DNA of 64,000 bases from a virus, in IMG/VR virus record IMGVR_UViG_3300027709_000056, positions 64,001-128,000 of that record; one strand, written 5' to 3'. The notes beneath the pieces were generated by a model. That model was not told where the DNA came from, did no database searches, and saw only the letters and a program-made list of their open reading frames with translations. A program made the position numbers and the translations under genes. Every line of letters starts with the position of its first letter. Position 1 is the first letter of the stretch. This document shows positions 48,474-57,912 of this stretch, one piece after another.

Positions 48474-48810
48474 TTACAGGTTCCTCGTATGTATAATCAT
48501 CTTTAACTAGATCATAGACAGTTTTAAATTTTTCATATTGCAATTTAAGTCCAGGATATTTTTTAATCATATCCTCAATAACTACTTCTGATGGCCAATT
48601 GTCAAATGTCTGTCTCTGCCATTCAGTTCCTAAAGCATTATTATCTATGTTTATACTGATAGGTGTACTAGGTGCTGTTACAGTACCATAGTTTGTACTA
48701 GCATCAAATGATACAGTAAGACTAGAATCAGAGTCTCCTGCTATAGATGGAGTAGTATCATATGATATTTTATACTCAGGTTTTGGAAGTGTTGATGTAT
48801 CAACTGTCAT
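48457..48810 (-). CDS. Hypothetical protein
   Basis: 117 aa coupled ORF. Confidence 0.6.
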   Translation of the reverse strand: MTVDTSTLPKPEYKISYDTTPSIAGDSDSSLTVSFDASTNYGTVTAPSTPISINIDNNALGTEWQRQTFDNWPSEVVIEDMIKKYPGLKLQYEKFKTVYDLVKDDYTYEEPVNDGSV

Positions 48811-49882
48811 AGTTTATTCCTTCATAAAGTTTTTTACCGCTAAAATAATCTGCTTTTAATTTAGCGACTTGCTTTTGTATTAAAGGAAGGTAACTATCAT
48901 AATTTTCTATATAATTCGTAATTCTTTCTCTAATATCTGCTTTGTGATGCGTGTATGCTTTAAATGTCGTTGTCCATTCTGACGGATATTTAAATTCTTC
49001 TAATCCCATTTCTTTATAACTTAAACGATCTGGGACCATCGGGATTGCATTAACTAACGCACCTTCATACCAACTAATACCTAATGTTTCTTGTAAGTTA
49101 GCACTAAACACAATTTTAGCACGACCTAATAGGTTATGATATTCATTCTTTGTTAAAGTTTGATCTTGACATACAACAAATTCATAATCTGGTAATTGTG
49201 TTCTTAAATCTCTAAATATATCTGGTTGTTTTTCTGGAGCAATTCTATGTGGGAAAAGAATTAAATTTTCTTTGTCCATATGTTTGTAACTATCTAAACT
49301 TTTTGCTAGATACTCCATAGGCCATCCAGTACGTATAACTTTCTTTTTACTAGCTTGTGGAGTTAATCCAATATGGCTTTCTACATTATCAAATGTACTA
49401 GCAAACATATCAATATGGAAATTGGTTGCAAAGTAATTATGATCATATACTTCAAACATAGATTGTTCTGCATATCTGCACCAAGGTGCATCGCCAATTA
49501 ATCTACCTAAAAAGTCTGCTGGATCATAACTACCGGCGTGCCACATACCACCTATTTTAATCTTAACGCCTAATAGTTCTGCCATATATTTTAATTGTAT
49601 AACAGTAGGATTCCATGCATCTGTATATAAGAAATAATCACCATGATGTATTCGTCCTTTACAGAACATTTCGCCTATTTGTTCTAACTGATTACTTTTG
49701 TAAACGTTAGTTCCGCCAAAGTTAAGAAAAGCCCCCGGCGTTGTAGCCTGCGGGGCCTCTCCTCCACTTATAACTACGACATCTTTACCTGTAGCTTTCC
49801 GTAGTTGTACTGGCAGGTACTCTTTCCACTGTTTAGTGTACCTTGTATCAACTGCTTCTATGTCTACAATATAAATTGTCAT
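48800..49882 (-). CDS. GT-B (GT4-like) glycosyltransferase
   Basis: WHAGSYD, FPHRIAPEKQ, QETLGISWYE (EX7E). Start 49882 by ATGA overlap; the track gives 49963. Confidence 0.75.
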   Translation of the reverse strand: MTIYIVDIEAVDTRYTKQWKEYLPVQLRKATGKDVVVISGGEAPQATTPGAFLNFGGTNVYKSNQLEQIGEMFCKGRIHHGDYFLYTDAWNPTVIQLKYMAELLGVKIKIGGMWHAGSYDPADFLGRLIGDAPWCRYAEQSMFEVYDHNYFATNFHIDMFASTFDNVESHIGLTPQASKKKVIRTGWPMEYLAKSLDSYKHMDKENLILFPHRIAPEKQPDIFRDLRTQLPDYEFVVCQDQTLTKNEYHNLLGRAKIVFSANLQETLGISWYEGALVNAIPMVPDRLSYKEMGLEEFKYPSEWTTTFKAYTHHKADIRERITNYIENYDSYLPLIQKQVAKLKADYFSGKKLYEGINYDS

Positions 49883-50091
49883 TGTCTTCGTTTGTTCCTT
49901 CTTTGTCGGCTTCGTTGTTGTCGTTCTCTTCGAGCCTTTTCGGGGTCTAAGAACGCCTGCCAAACTTTTGACTTTTTATTATATAAATCTCTTTCATCAA
50001 ATTTATATCCTTCAAAACGACAAAAGTCTCTTAGTTTATCTAGATCATCAAAGATCTGTACTACGTCGGGTCGAGTTGCAAAATAGCCCAC
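49879..50091 (-). CDS. Hypothetical protein with Arg-rich tail
   Basis: 70 aa, GTG start, GAAGGAG SD. Confidence 0.65.
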   Translation of the reverse strand: MGYFATRPDVVQIFDDLDKLRDFCRFEGYKFDERDLYNKKSKVWQAFLDPEKARRERQQRSRQRRNKRRQ

Positions 50092-50108
50092 AATGTGTTC
50101 TCCTTCAT

Positions 50109-50549
50109 TTAGCTACGTGCATATTGAATATGGCAACCATTTTCGCCATCTTCAGAAATGTCAATGTTTACTGCTCGTGATTGATAACGTTCTGATATTT
50201 TATTATATAAATCATCAGCCATCATTTCACAAGATTTAAAGTCTACATTTAGTTCCCCTTCATATAGTTCCTCCAACCATCTTTTAAATTGTATAAACTC
50301 AATATCCCTATCATCGTGGAATACTTCGATCGCTACTTTAAAGTGGAAAATATGTCTGTGTAAATATCCTAAGAAAGATACATCAAACTTATCTCCAGTA
50401 GCTAGTTTTGGATCATCAAGTGCCGCAGGATACTTATGCATCCCTTCTTTGCGGAAGGTAACCCAAATCATTCTTGACGCAGATTGCATAATCTTTTTAT
50501 GTCTATCTTCGTCCATTTTTTCTAATACCATAGTGTCCATAGTACTCAT
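50109..50549 (-). CDS. QueD-like T-fold protein (6-carboxy-tetrahydropterin synthase-like)
   Basis: HKYP, HRHIFH, DRDIEF..K, SCEMMA, SEDGENG; same region as folE/queE. Confidence 0.6.
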   Translation of the reverse strand: MSTMDTMVLEKMDEDRHKKIMQSASRMIWVTFRKEGMHKYPAALDDPKLATGDKFDVSFLGYLHRHIFHFKVAIEVFHDDRDIEFIQFKRWLEELYEGELNVDFKSCEMMADDLYNKISERYQSRAVNIDISEDGENGCHIQYARS

Positions 50550-50578
50550 ATTATACTGCTTTCATTGTTATTTGTCAA
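50550..50578 (-). promoter_or_regulatory. sigma70 promoter TTGACA-N17-TATAAT
   Basis: Perfect consensus directly abutting the QueD-like ORF, so the real start is a later ATG. Confidence 0.8.
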
Positions 50579-51107
50579 CCTCTAGTTTTTCATCTTTAGA
50601 GTATTGATCCCAGTTTGTAAATTTTTTTCGATCCATCAAGTCGTGTATTTGGTGTATCCAAACCCCAGGATTAGTTGCGTCAAAATTCTCATCATCAATT
50701 TTAATACAAGCATTATAGTTTAACTGATCAATGTTTGGTAATTTAACACTAATCTGTGAAATAAATCTTTCATAATCATTATACTCTTGTTGTACTACCC
50801 AATTGTGATATTTAATATCATAATCAAGAGTTACCCAAAATCCTTTGTCGAGCAATCCTAATATGCTCTCAGACCATAATTTAATTTCACCTGAATGATT
50901 TTGTATTAAGTCTACGTGAAAACTGTGATTAGCACCAAGATAGATATGTTCGTTACCTTGATGTTCTGCGTGTTTAAGAATATCATCTAAAGACTGTGGT
51001 CCAACAACAAATAATGTGTCCATATCAAATGCAGGAGTTTTTTCTACTTCAAATCCAGTAAAAAATTTTACATCGGATTCTGTACCACTGCTATAAACAC
51101 GTTTCAT
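50568..51107 (-). CDS. Hypothetical protein
   Basis: 179 aa ORF between the TGT-like and QueD-like genes. Confidence 0.7.
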   Translation of the reverse strand: MKRVYSSGTESDVKFFTGFEVEKTPAFDMDTLFVVGPQSLDDILKHAEHQGNEHIYLGANHSFHVDLIQNHSGEIKLWSESILGLLDKGFWVTLDYDIKYHNWVVQQEYNDYERFISQISVKLPNIDQLNYNACIKIDDENFDATNPGVWIHQIHDLMDRKKFTNWDQYSKDEKLEVDK

Positions 51108-51424
51108 TATTTGTCATTCCCAGGATCTGTTTCGTCGCCATCAATTTGATCAATTGGTGCTTCACCTGTACCTTCATTCAGGACTTCCAAATTAGGTTTT
51201 TCTGTACAACCAACATGGACTAGTTCAACGTCCCATCCTTCTTTTAACATATCCCGGACAGCATCTAAGCCTCTTGATCGGATAGTATTTCCCCAATCTT
51301 CTACAAATTCAACACATTCGGGTTTAGTATCAAAATGTCTAGAAAGAACATTTACTATTTCGTCCCTTTCTACTCCACTTGGCTCTGTTAATGTAAATGC
51401 CAAAAGTAGCATAAAAGTTTTCAT
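51107..51424 (-). CDS. Putative exported protein
   Basis: MKTFMLLLAFTL signal-like N-terminus; GAGG SD. Confidence 0.6.
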   Translation of the reverse strand: MKTFMLLLAFTLTEPSGVERDEIVNVLSRHFDTKPECVEFVEDWGNTIRSRGLDAVRDMLKEGWDVELVHVGCTEKPNLEVLNEGTGEAPIDQIDGDETDPGNDK

Positions 51425-51467
51425 TGTTTTACCTCTTGTTTGCCTAAAAAAATACGATTACAATAAT

Positions 51468-51495
51468 AGTATAACACAATATACTTAAATGTCAA
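51468..51495 (-). promoter_or_regulatory. sigma70 promoter TTGACA-N16-TATACT with extended -10 TG
   Basis: Read directly from the sequence. Confidence 0.6.
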
Positions 51496-51686
51496 GCATC
51501 ATTGTTTTCTAATTGTGCCAATTCGTCTTTGACCTTAAGTTTCATTTTTTTGTGTCTCTTTATTATTGCCTTTGTTTCCCAATTTCTATTGCCTTTTTCA
51601 TCTCGTTCTTCTTCCATTTGTTCAACTTTTCTATGTAAGTAGTCGAACTCTTTTTTAAGTCGTACCGCTTTTTTACTTTTGCTCAT
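51492..51686 (-). CDS. Small coiled-coil protein (DUF465-like)
   Basis: 64 aa; KK.KLKVKDEL motif. Confidence 0.55.
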   Translation of the reverse strand: MSKSKKAVRLKKEFDYLHRKVEQMEEERDEKGNRNWETKAIIKRHKKMKLKVKDELAQLENNDA

Positions 51687-53214
51687 ACTCCAGTTCCTCT
51701 AGTTTGTGCTCTTGTTCTTCAGTGAACTCGTCATCTTCAACTAGTGGCGTTGTACCATCGGATACATCAAATAGTGAATTAAACTGAGCACTTGCATTCA
51801 CAGTTCGTTTGCCTGTCATACCTCTAGTTCCTATCACTGAAATCCAAAATTTATTAAATTCTTCTATTACTGCCATTGCAGTATCTTTACTATCTGTTGC
51901 AAATATAGCCTCTATAATATCTCTAAAGTAAACTCTATCAAAACGTTCATCAACTAGCATTTTTGGAATAACATTATTATCATATTGTCTGTTTGCTTCT
52001 TGTACTGCATTAATATGATGCCAAACATTATGTCCCATTTGAATTGCATAACTAAATGAATCCCAACTAGTTCTACCTTCTTTACCTATCTTATTTAGGT
52101 CACCTGGCTTATAACAACATACATCTGAAACTTTTAATCCATCCGTTATAGGTGAATTTTCAAAGTTTTTAAATACACCATCTTGTAATACTGCATCTTT
52201 AAATGAACGAGTATCTGTAGCATACTTTTTATCATCTATACTCGGTACCATTCGGTACACCCATTTAGATCTATCTTCTGTTTCTGTTTGAATATAAACT
52301 TGTCCATTTGCAGTTGCTAAGAAAGGACTTGCACAATCAAATGTAACTGTAAAGTTTGGATTATGATATTTACGAACTGCTCGTTGTACGTCAGTTAGTA
52401 AGGCCGCCCATTCAAGTTTAGATGTACCTAAGAAGTGCATGAAGTCATGTTTACCTGTTTCTAATAGTCCATCAAAACGTAATGCTACAAGTCTTTTTAA
52501 TACTAGGTGTATGTCACACATATTTTGACCACCCATTGACCAACCTTTAAAATGATCGCTATATTTTTTAGGATCACAATAGTCTTTCATTTGCTGATAC
52601 CAATCTTCTGCATCAGCATGGTTTTCGCCTTGTAAAACATTTAAGAATTTACAATTACCATTTTGTTCTTTCATAAAGTAATCGTTATTAATGCGTGTAG
52701 CATTAACGGCATCTTGATAATTGTCAATTCCTGTTGCTTTTGCTCCTGCTGGAGAACGTGATACCCAAGCTGGAATATCTAAAATCATTCCATAGTCCAT
52801 ATACTCATCCATCCAAGCAAGAACTTGTTCACGTTTCTTTTTAGCTTTAGGACAGTTAGGATCTTTCCAATCGCCTTCCCAAACACCTTTACCAATTTGG
52901 AAACCACCTGAGTCACCAAGTAGCCAACTATTCTTACGATCCCTGTTTCGAATCATATCTTCTTTAGGTGAATGTTTGTTTATATCTAGTTCGGCGTGTC
53001 CCGCACTATATAGACTCCAATGATATTTGAATAAACCCTTTTGTGGGTTTAACCAGTTCATACTTTCTACATCGTTCGGGAAGTTTGATGGTACTCTAGT
53101 TTTTTCAACATACTCTGCGTGTCGTTGCTTTCCTATATAAGTTGCAAAGAAGCCACTTATTGCTGGAAGGAATATTGCATAATCCTTTTGTGCAGTTGTT
53201 AAGTCTGTATTCAT
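51673..53214 (-). CDS. tRNA-guanine transglycosylase-fold protein (candidate DNA deazaguanine insertase, DpdA-like)
   Basis: All TGT core motifs in order: DSGGFQ, MILDIP, NVLQG, SMGG, HFLG, FDCASP, GHN. Confidence 0.75.
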   Translation of the reverse strand: MNTDLTTAQKDYAIFLPAISGFFATYIGKQRHAEYVEKTRVPSNFPNDVESMNWLNPQKGLFKYHWSLYSAGHAELDINKHSPKEDMIRNRDRKNSWLLGDSGGFQIGKGVWEGDWKDPNCPKAKKKREQVLAWMDEYMDYGMILDIPAWVSRSPAGAKATGIDNYQDAVNATRINNDYFMKEQNGNCKFLNVLQGENHADAEDWYQQMKDYCDPKKYSDHFKGWSMGGQNMCDIHLVLKRLVALRFDGLLETGKHDFMHFLGTSKLEWAALLTDVQRAVRKYHNPNFTVTFDCASPFLATANGQVYIQTETEDRSKWVYRMVPSIDDKKYATDTRSFKDAVLQDGVFKNFENSPITDGLKVSDVCCYKPGDLNKIGKEGRTSWDSFSYAIQMGHNVWHHINAVQEANRQYDNNVIPKMLVDERFDRVYFRDIIEAIFATDSKDTAMAVIEEFNKFWISVIGTRGMTGKRTVNASAQFNSLFDVSDGTTPLVEDDEFTEEQEHKLEELEYEQK

Positions 53215-53217
53215 TTG

Positions 53218-53760
53218 TTACCCCAAATGTTCAATTGCCTCATAGCCAAACCATAAAGCAAATATAAGAAACGTATATCTTGTAATTGAAAATAGTGTTT
53301 GTGTTTTAATGTGTTTTCTTATTAACGGAAAAGCACCAAATACTAATGCAATGGCAAGTCCTGCCCCTAACCATCCATCGCTTGTATTGTTTACTGATTG
53401 AAACATAAAAATAAATATTTCCATAAATTCTCTAGCAAAAATAAAGAATATTGTAAACATTCCTACAAGCAAACCTGTTTGTCCACTTTTAATATAGCTG
53501 ACGTGTTGTTTAATATGCGCCGCCATATTCTTACTATTAAAGAACAAATAAAACATTAATAAAGAAAGTAATGCATACATACCTACTTCGTATGCCTCTA
53601 ATGCTTCACCTAAAAAGATTCCAGATGCTAATCCTGTTAGTAATCCTATAAAAGCTGGTACATATACTTTCCAATTTAAACCTATAGCTGTAGAAACCAT
53701 GACAGTTAAAAACATCATTTCTAAAGCCTCACGCCCTACATAAACAAAACTTGCTAACAT
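53218..53760 (-). CDS. FTR1/EfeU-like iron permease
   Basis: Multi-TM protein with two RExxE motifs (REALE, REFME). Confidence 0.75.
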   Translation of the reverse strand: MLASFVYVGREALEMMFLTVMVSTAIGLNWKVYVPAFIGLLTGLASGIFLGEALEAYEVGMYALLSLLMFYLFFNSKNMAAHIKQHVSYIKSGQTGLLVGMFTIFFIFAREFMEIFIFMFQSVNNTSDGWLGAGLAIALVFGAFPLIRKHIKTQTLFSITRYTFLIFALWFGYEAIEHLG

Positions 53761-54494
53761 TATTTGCTCTGTGCAGGTAAAATATAATTGTAATCAGTTA
53801 GTCCTGAATCTACACTGATTTGCATAGCCCCTTGATCTGAAATCTTCATAGTTAGTTTTCCATCAAGACTTAATATAGCTTGGACTTGTGCTACAGGCCA
53901 ACTCCACGAATGTTTTAATTCGGTTTCAATTCCTGTATGTTGAAATACAAATGATCCTGCGTGTGTTGAATGATCACCAAAGTAAAATACTAATGTATTG
54001 TTTTCTGTTTTAACTGTAAAAACAGTTTCTTCGGCGTGTGCGGCACTTTGTAATTTCATTCTGTTAATTGATGCCATTGTTGGTTCAAATTCAACTTCCC
54101 AAGTTGCACCTTTAAATTTAACAGACTTTAATTTTTCATTAATAATTTCGCTATTCATAAAACGATAATCATTTTGGAAATCTCCTGCTTCATTTTCAAA
54201 GTGAATATGTGTTGGAATAGTTACTCCGTTTCTATCTGCTTTTTCTACAGATAGTTTTGCATTTTTCTGATATTCAGGATTTTTTAAATGCAAAGCTAAC
54301 TTATCTAAGTTTGGCATACCAAATGTTTCTTTAAATTCTGAAACAGGATTTTTTGCTGTTGCTGTAAGAATTACAGAACGATCCTCAGCCATACTCTCAA
54401 TAGTAGTACTTTGATCGTCACCTGTAACCTTAACTAGATTTAAAAAGCCTAGCGAATGTGTATGGGCAACGATATCTTGTAAGATGTCTTTCAT
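53760..54494 (-). CDS. DNA polymerase sliding clamp (gp45-like)
   Basis: 244 aa two-domain beta-rich protein ending YILPAQ; replication context; own early promoter. Confidence 0.65.
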   Translation of the reverse strand: MKDILQDIVAHTHSLGFLNLVKVTGDDQSTTIESMAEDRSVILTATAKNPVSEFKETFGMPNLDKLALHLKNPEYQKNAKLSVEKADRNGVTIPTHIHFENEAGDFQNDYRFMNSEIINEKLKSVKFKGATWEVEFEPTMASINRMKLQSAAHAEETVFTVKTENNTLVFYFGDHSTHAGSFVFQHTGIETELKHSWSWPVAQVQAILSLDGKLTMKISDQGAMQISVDSGLTDYNYILPAQSK

Positions 54495-54517
54495 ACGATT
54501 TTCTCCATTAAGTGTTT

Positions 54518-54546
54518 ATTATACGTGTCTTTTATTATAAAGTCAA
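54518..54546 (-). promoter_or_regulatory. sigma70 promoter TTGACT-N17-TATAAT
   Basis: Read directly; GGAG SD follows. Confidence 0.8.
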
Positions 54547-55313
54547 GCATTTTTTTGTAGTCCTCGCTCATTAAAATACTCAAATATATCGAGCGTAGGT
54601 TTCCAGCCAGACTTTTTTAATATTGAAATGTCTGCTTGATTATCAGTTCGTTCGTGTTTATCTCCGATTTTTAATTTAGGATATAAACCCAAATGGTCTG
54701 TAATATCTTTTAGTTTGTGTGATTTTCCTGTGCCCAAATCGATTACACCTGTTAATCGTTTGTCCATTAAATGAATTAGTGCGTCACAAATATCGCTAAC
54801 GTGGATAAAATCTCGTTTATGGTTGTTGTTTATAAAATCAATTTCTCGTCTTAGAAGTTTTGGTATAAACATATCTGGCCTAGGTTCTTGGTCTCCATTG
54901 TATATAGTCGTAAATCGCAGGCCTAAAGCTCTTCGTGGCGCAACACGTTCAATTGTATGTTTTGATAACGCATATGGATTTCTCCAAGGTTCTTTTGCAG
55001 TACTTGAACTTGCATATATAATTCTTGCTTTTGGAAATGCTTTAAATAATCTCTTTGATGCTAGTACATTATGTTCCCAATATTCTTTTGGGTGTGTAAG
55101 ACTTCTTCTGACACCGCTCTTTCCTGCTAAATGAAATATTACATCTACATCATAATCTAAATCACAATCTCTAAGATCTTGACCATCTAAAATATCAAGC
55201 GTATGAATTTCATGATCATATAACAATCTTATTCTTAATTCTGAGCCAACCATTCCTTGGCTACCAGTTATTAATATTTTTTTTGAATGACGATCACGCA
55301 CCATATTCTTCAT
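54543..55313 (-). CDS. NAD-dependent sugar epimerase/dehydratase
   Basis: ITGSQGMVG, FHLAG, YASSS, YALSK, RDFIHVSD. Confidence 0.85.
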   Translation of the reverse strand: MKNMVRDRHSKKILITGSQGMVGSELRIRLLYDHEIHTLDILDGQDLRDCDLDYDVDVIFHLAGKSGVRRSLTHPKEYWEHNVLASKRLFKAFPKARIIYASSSTAKEPWRNPYALSKHTIERVAPRRALGLRFTTIYNGDQEPRPDMFIPKLLRREIDFINNNHKRDFIHVSDICDALIHLMDKRLTGVIDLGTGKSHKLKDITDHLGLYPKLKIGDKHERTDNQADISILKKSGWKPTLDIFEYFNERGLQKNA

Positions 55314-56250
55314 CTAATTTCGAAATGTCAAATGAGTTTTCAATATGACCTTTAGCTTTCCAATAGTCGCCGGCTCTTTCCCATTCAGCTTTAAAGTCAT
55401 TTACTACATCTAGATCTGATACGTCTTGACAATTTTTTTTATTAAGTAAACTTGTTTTAATATAAAGTTCTATTTGTGTATGTTTTAATAGCTTTATTAC
55501 ACCAAGTCTACGTTTATGTATACATTCGCCCCAATCTAATCCAGTAATAAGCCACTTACCATAATTTAATCCTTTATCATTAAATTCTTCTAACGTTGTT
55601 ATATGGTGTGTGTGTTCAACTGTGTTTATACTGTATAGTATAGGATGTAACGGTCTATCTTCACCGTGTCCGTCATATGTTGCAAAAACAATATGCGTTG
55701 GTGGACGTTTTGTAAAAAATTGTTGTAAACGATTATAAAGATTTACAGAGTTTGGACTATGCTTATTGGTCCAGTCGCCACCCCAACAATCTATTACAAT
55801 TGCACCATCAAATGCAATAGTTATACTTTTATTAAGAACATTGTTAGTAAGAACTCTTTGTCTTAAATCTGTACTAGAAAATCTATGATTACGTTTATTA
55901 TAATAATGTTCTATGCCTAAACGTTCGCCTACTTCTTTACCACTAAAGTTTTTACCTTCATATTCAACACCTAGTATACGTACATGAATACCATTCCTTA
56001 AATTAAGGATATCATCTATATCCCTTTCTTTAACATAAGGAATAATTTCATCAACATAACGTACACCTTTTAATTGCGTGTATCGTTCAACTATAGTTTG
56101 AACAGGTTTATTTTTTTCTGGTCTATCAATTGTTGGATCAACTTGTATTCCAGCAATAAGATAATCACATTGTTCTTTTGCTTCACGCAACATAGCAATA
56201 TGTCCTGCGTGTAGTAAATCAAATGTACTAAATGTTATACCAACTCTCAT
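55294..56250 (-). CDS. Glycerol-3-phosphate-type cytidylyltransferase fused to an isochorismatase-like domain
   Basis: FDLLHAGH, ER..L..VRYVDEI, SSTDLR; C-terminal IVIDCW domain (fold tentative). Confidence 0.75.
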   Translation of the reverse strand: MRVGITFSTFDLLHAGHIAMLREAKEQCDYLIAGIQVDPTIDRPEKNKPVQTIVERYTQLKGVRYVDEIIPYVKERDIDDILNLRNGIHVRILGVEYEGKNFSGKEVGERLGIEHYYNKRNHRFSSTDLRQRVLTNNVLNKSITIAFDGAIVIDCWGGDWTNKHSPNSVNLYNRLQQFFTKRPPTHIVFATYDGHGEDRPLHPILYSINTVEHTHHITTLEEFNDKGLNYGKWLITGLDWGECIHKRRLGVIKLLKHTQIELYIKTSLLNKKNCQDVSDLDVVNDFKAEWERAGDYWKAKGHIENSFDISKLDEEYGA

Positions 56251-57128
56251 TCTATAAACCTATTTGTTAGTTCTGTTACTAATTCATATTTGTTTGCAAC
56301 ATTAGATAAATCTTCGCCATCTCTAAAAGATTGTTTGTCTAATTGTTTGTTAGGATCACCATCTGGCCAAATACGCCAGCTATCATTGTCAACAACATCA
56401 GATAGTACTAAAAGATTGTCTTTAGTTCTCCATCCTAATTCAAATTTTATATCTACAAGATGTATATCAGAAATATTTCTCCAACTTCTTTCTATAGCTT
56501 CAAAGGCAGGAAGAACAATTTTAAAAATTGCACTATCTAATTCTCGATCGTTAAGTAAAATTCCAGTATTCATTAGAGGTTGACCCTGAATAGGATCTTT
56601 TGCAGAATACAATTCCCATCCGTTTCCAATTTTAATATATGGATCTGTATATACACCGTCGGCCCATTTACCTTCTACTAAATATTTTTCTCTAGCTTCA
56701 TTTTCATCCATCTGCATAGGTTCATGTACATTAGGTGGCATTACAACAGAATGTTTATGAAATATTTCCCATACAGGTTCTGCAAAGTTCCAAGGGCCAC
56801 CTGGTCTCGTTGCAAATCCTGGGTTGCGTTTTAAGTAACTGCCATAAGCATAACGTCTAACAACAAACTCAAGTGGCAACATATCGCATTCGTTGTGTAG
56901 CATTGTACTTGGGTCTGTTTGTTTAATAAAAGATGTAGGCACATCATTTTCTTCAAGCATTTTAAATACATTTGATGCTTGTTTTGTTTTTTGTATTCCT
57001 ATATCAGTAAGTTCTTCTTTTTGAGCGGCATCACCGCCTGTCAAAAAATCTTTTGCTATCATATTAACTGTAAAGGGTTCATCACCCTTTTGAATTAATT
57101 TTGTTTTACCTTCAATTAAGGTAGTCAT
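56247..57128 (-). CDS. purC: SAICAR synthetase
   Basis: EGKTK, PLEFVVRRYAYGS, LVDIKFELG, DVVDNDSWRIW, DKQSFR. Confidence 0.88.
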   Translation of the reverse strand: MTTLIEGKTKLIQKGDEPFTVNMIAKDFLTGGDAAQKEELTDIGIQKTKQASNVFKMLEENDVPTSFIKQTDPSTMLHNECDMLPLEFVVRRYAYGSYLKRNPGFATRPGGPWNFAEPVWEIFHKHSVVMPPNVHEPMQMDENEAREKYLVEGKWADGVYTDPYIKIGNGWELYSAKDPIQGQPLMNTGILLNDRELDSAIFKIVLPAFEAIERSWRNISDIHLVDIKFELGWRTKDNLLVLSDVVDNDSWRIWPDGDPNKQLDKQSFRDGEDLSNVANKYELVTELTNRFIE

Positions 57129-57912
57129 TTAATTTTCTCGCTCCATAAGATATCATATAATCCGCACCAGCTCTTTTAAACACATGGTACGTTTCTACTA
57201 ATTGTTCAGGTGTATCTATACCTAAGTATTCACCTGAGGTTTGGAATGCACCACAGGCTTTTCCTGTGATTTGTTTTATAGGTTCTATTAAATCTATACT
57301 AGTCATACCTGGTTTAACCATTAATTCATTTGCACCATCATCTGCATATTTTGTTGAACGTATTATAGCACCAGTTCTATCAGAAACATCTAATTGATAA
57401 GGTCTTACTATACCTTTTTTTATTCCCATTACATTACGCCAACCACTATAAAAACTAGATCTAAATTTTGTACTATAACTCATTACAGGAATATCTGGGT
57501 TTTTATTTTTAATATTTTTAACAGTATTTGGTTGACAATCACTAGGAGCAATTGTGGCCCCAGAAGCATTGTATATTTCTACTGCTTGTTCTAATAATAG
57601 TTCGTCTGTTTTATCTTGATCACCTGTAACGCAACAATGTCCATCATATGTATATGCACATAAGCATATATCTACATTTAGTTTAATATCAAGTTTAGCA
57701 AGAGCTCGTGCGGTCTGTGATACTAAAACAAAGTTATCTTCTTCCTTTAATTTATAATCTGGAATATAAAATAGTAAAAATTCTTTAACTCCTAAATCAA
57801 TATCTTTCTTAACTCGTTCAATAGTATCTATATGACCAAAAACTTTGTTATCTTCACCTAGTCCTGACTCATGTGTAGTAGGACTAGAAAATAGTGTTTG
57901 TATTACTCTCAT
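57112..57912 (-). CDS. hemB: Porphobilinogen synthase (ALA dehydratase)
   Basis: DICLCAYTYDGHC (CxCx7C Zn site), APSD, MSYSTKF and MVKPG (two Schiff-base Lys), QTSGEY, RAGAD. Confidence 0.9.
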   Translation of the reverse strand: MRVIQTLFSSPTTHESGLGEDNKVFGHIDTIERVKKDIDLGVKEFLLFYIPDYKLKEEDNFVLVSQTARALAKLDIKLNVDICLCAYTYDGHCCVTGDQDKTDELLLEQAVEIYNASGATIAPSDCQPNTVKNIKNKNPDIPVMSYSTKFRSSFYSGWRNVMGIKKGIVRPYQLDVSDRTGAIIRSTKYADDGANELMVKPGMTSIDLIEPIKQITGKACGAFQTSGEYLGIDTPEQLVETYHVFKRAGADYMISYGARKLNDYLN

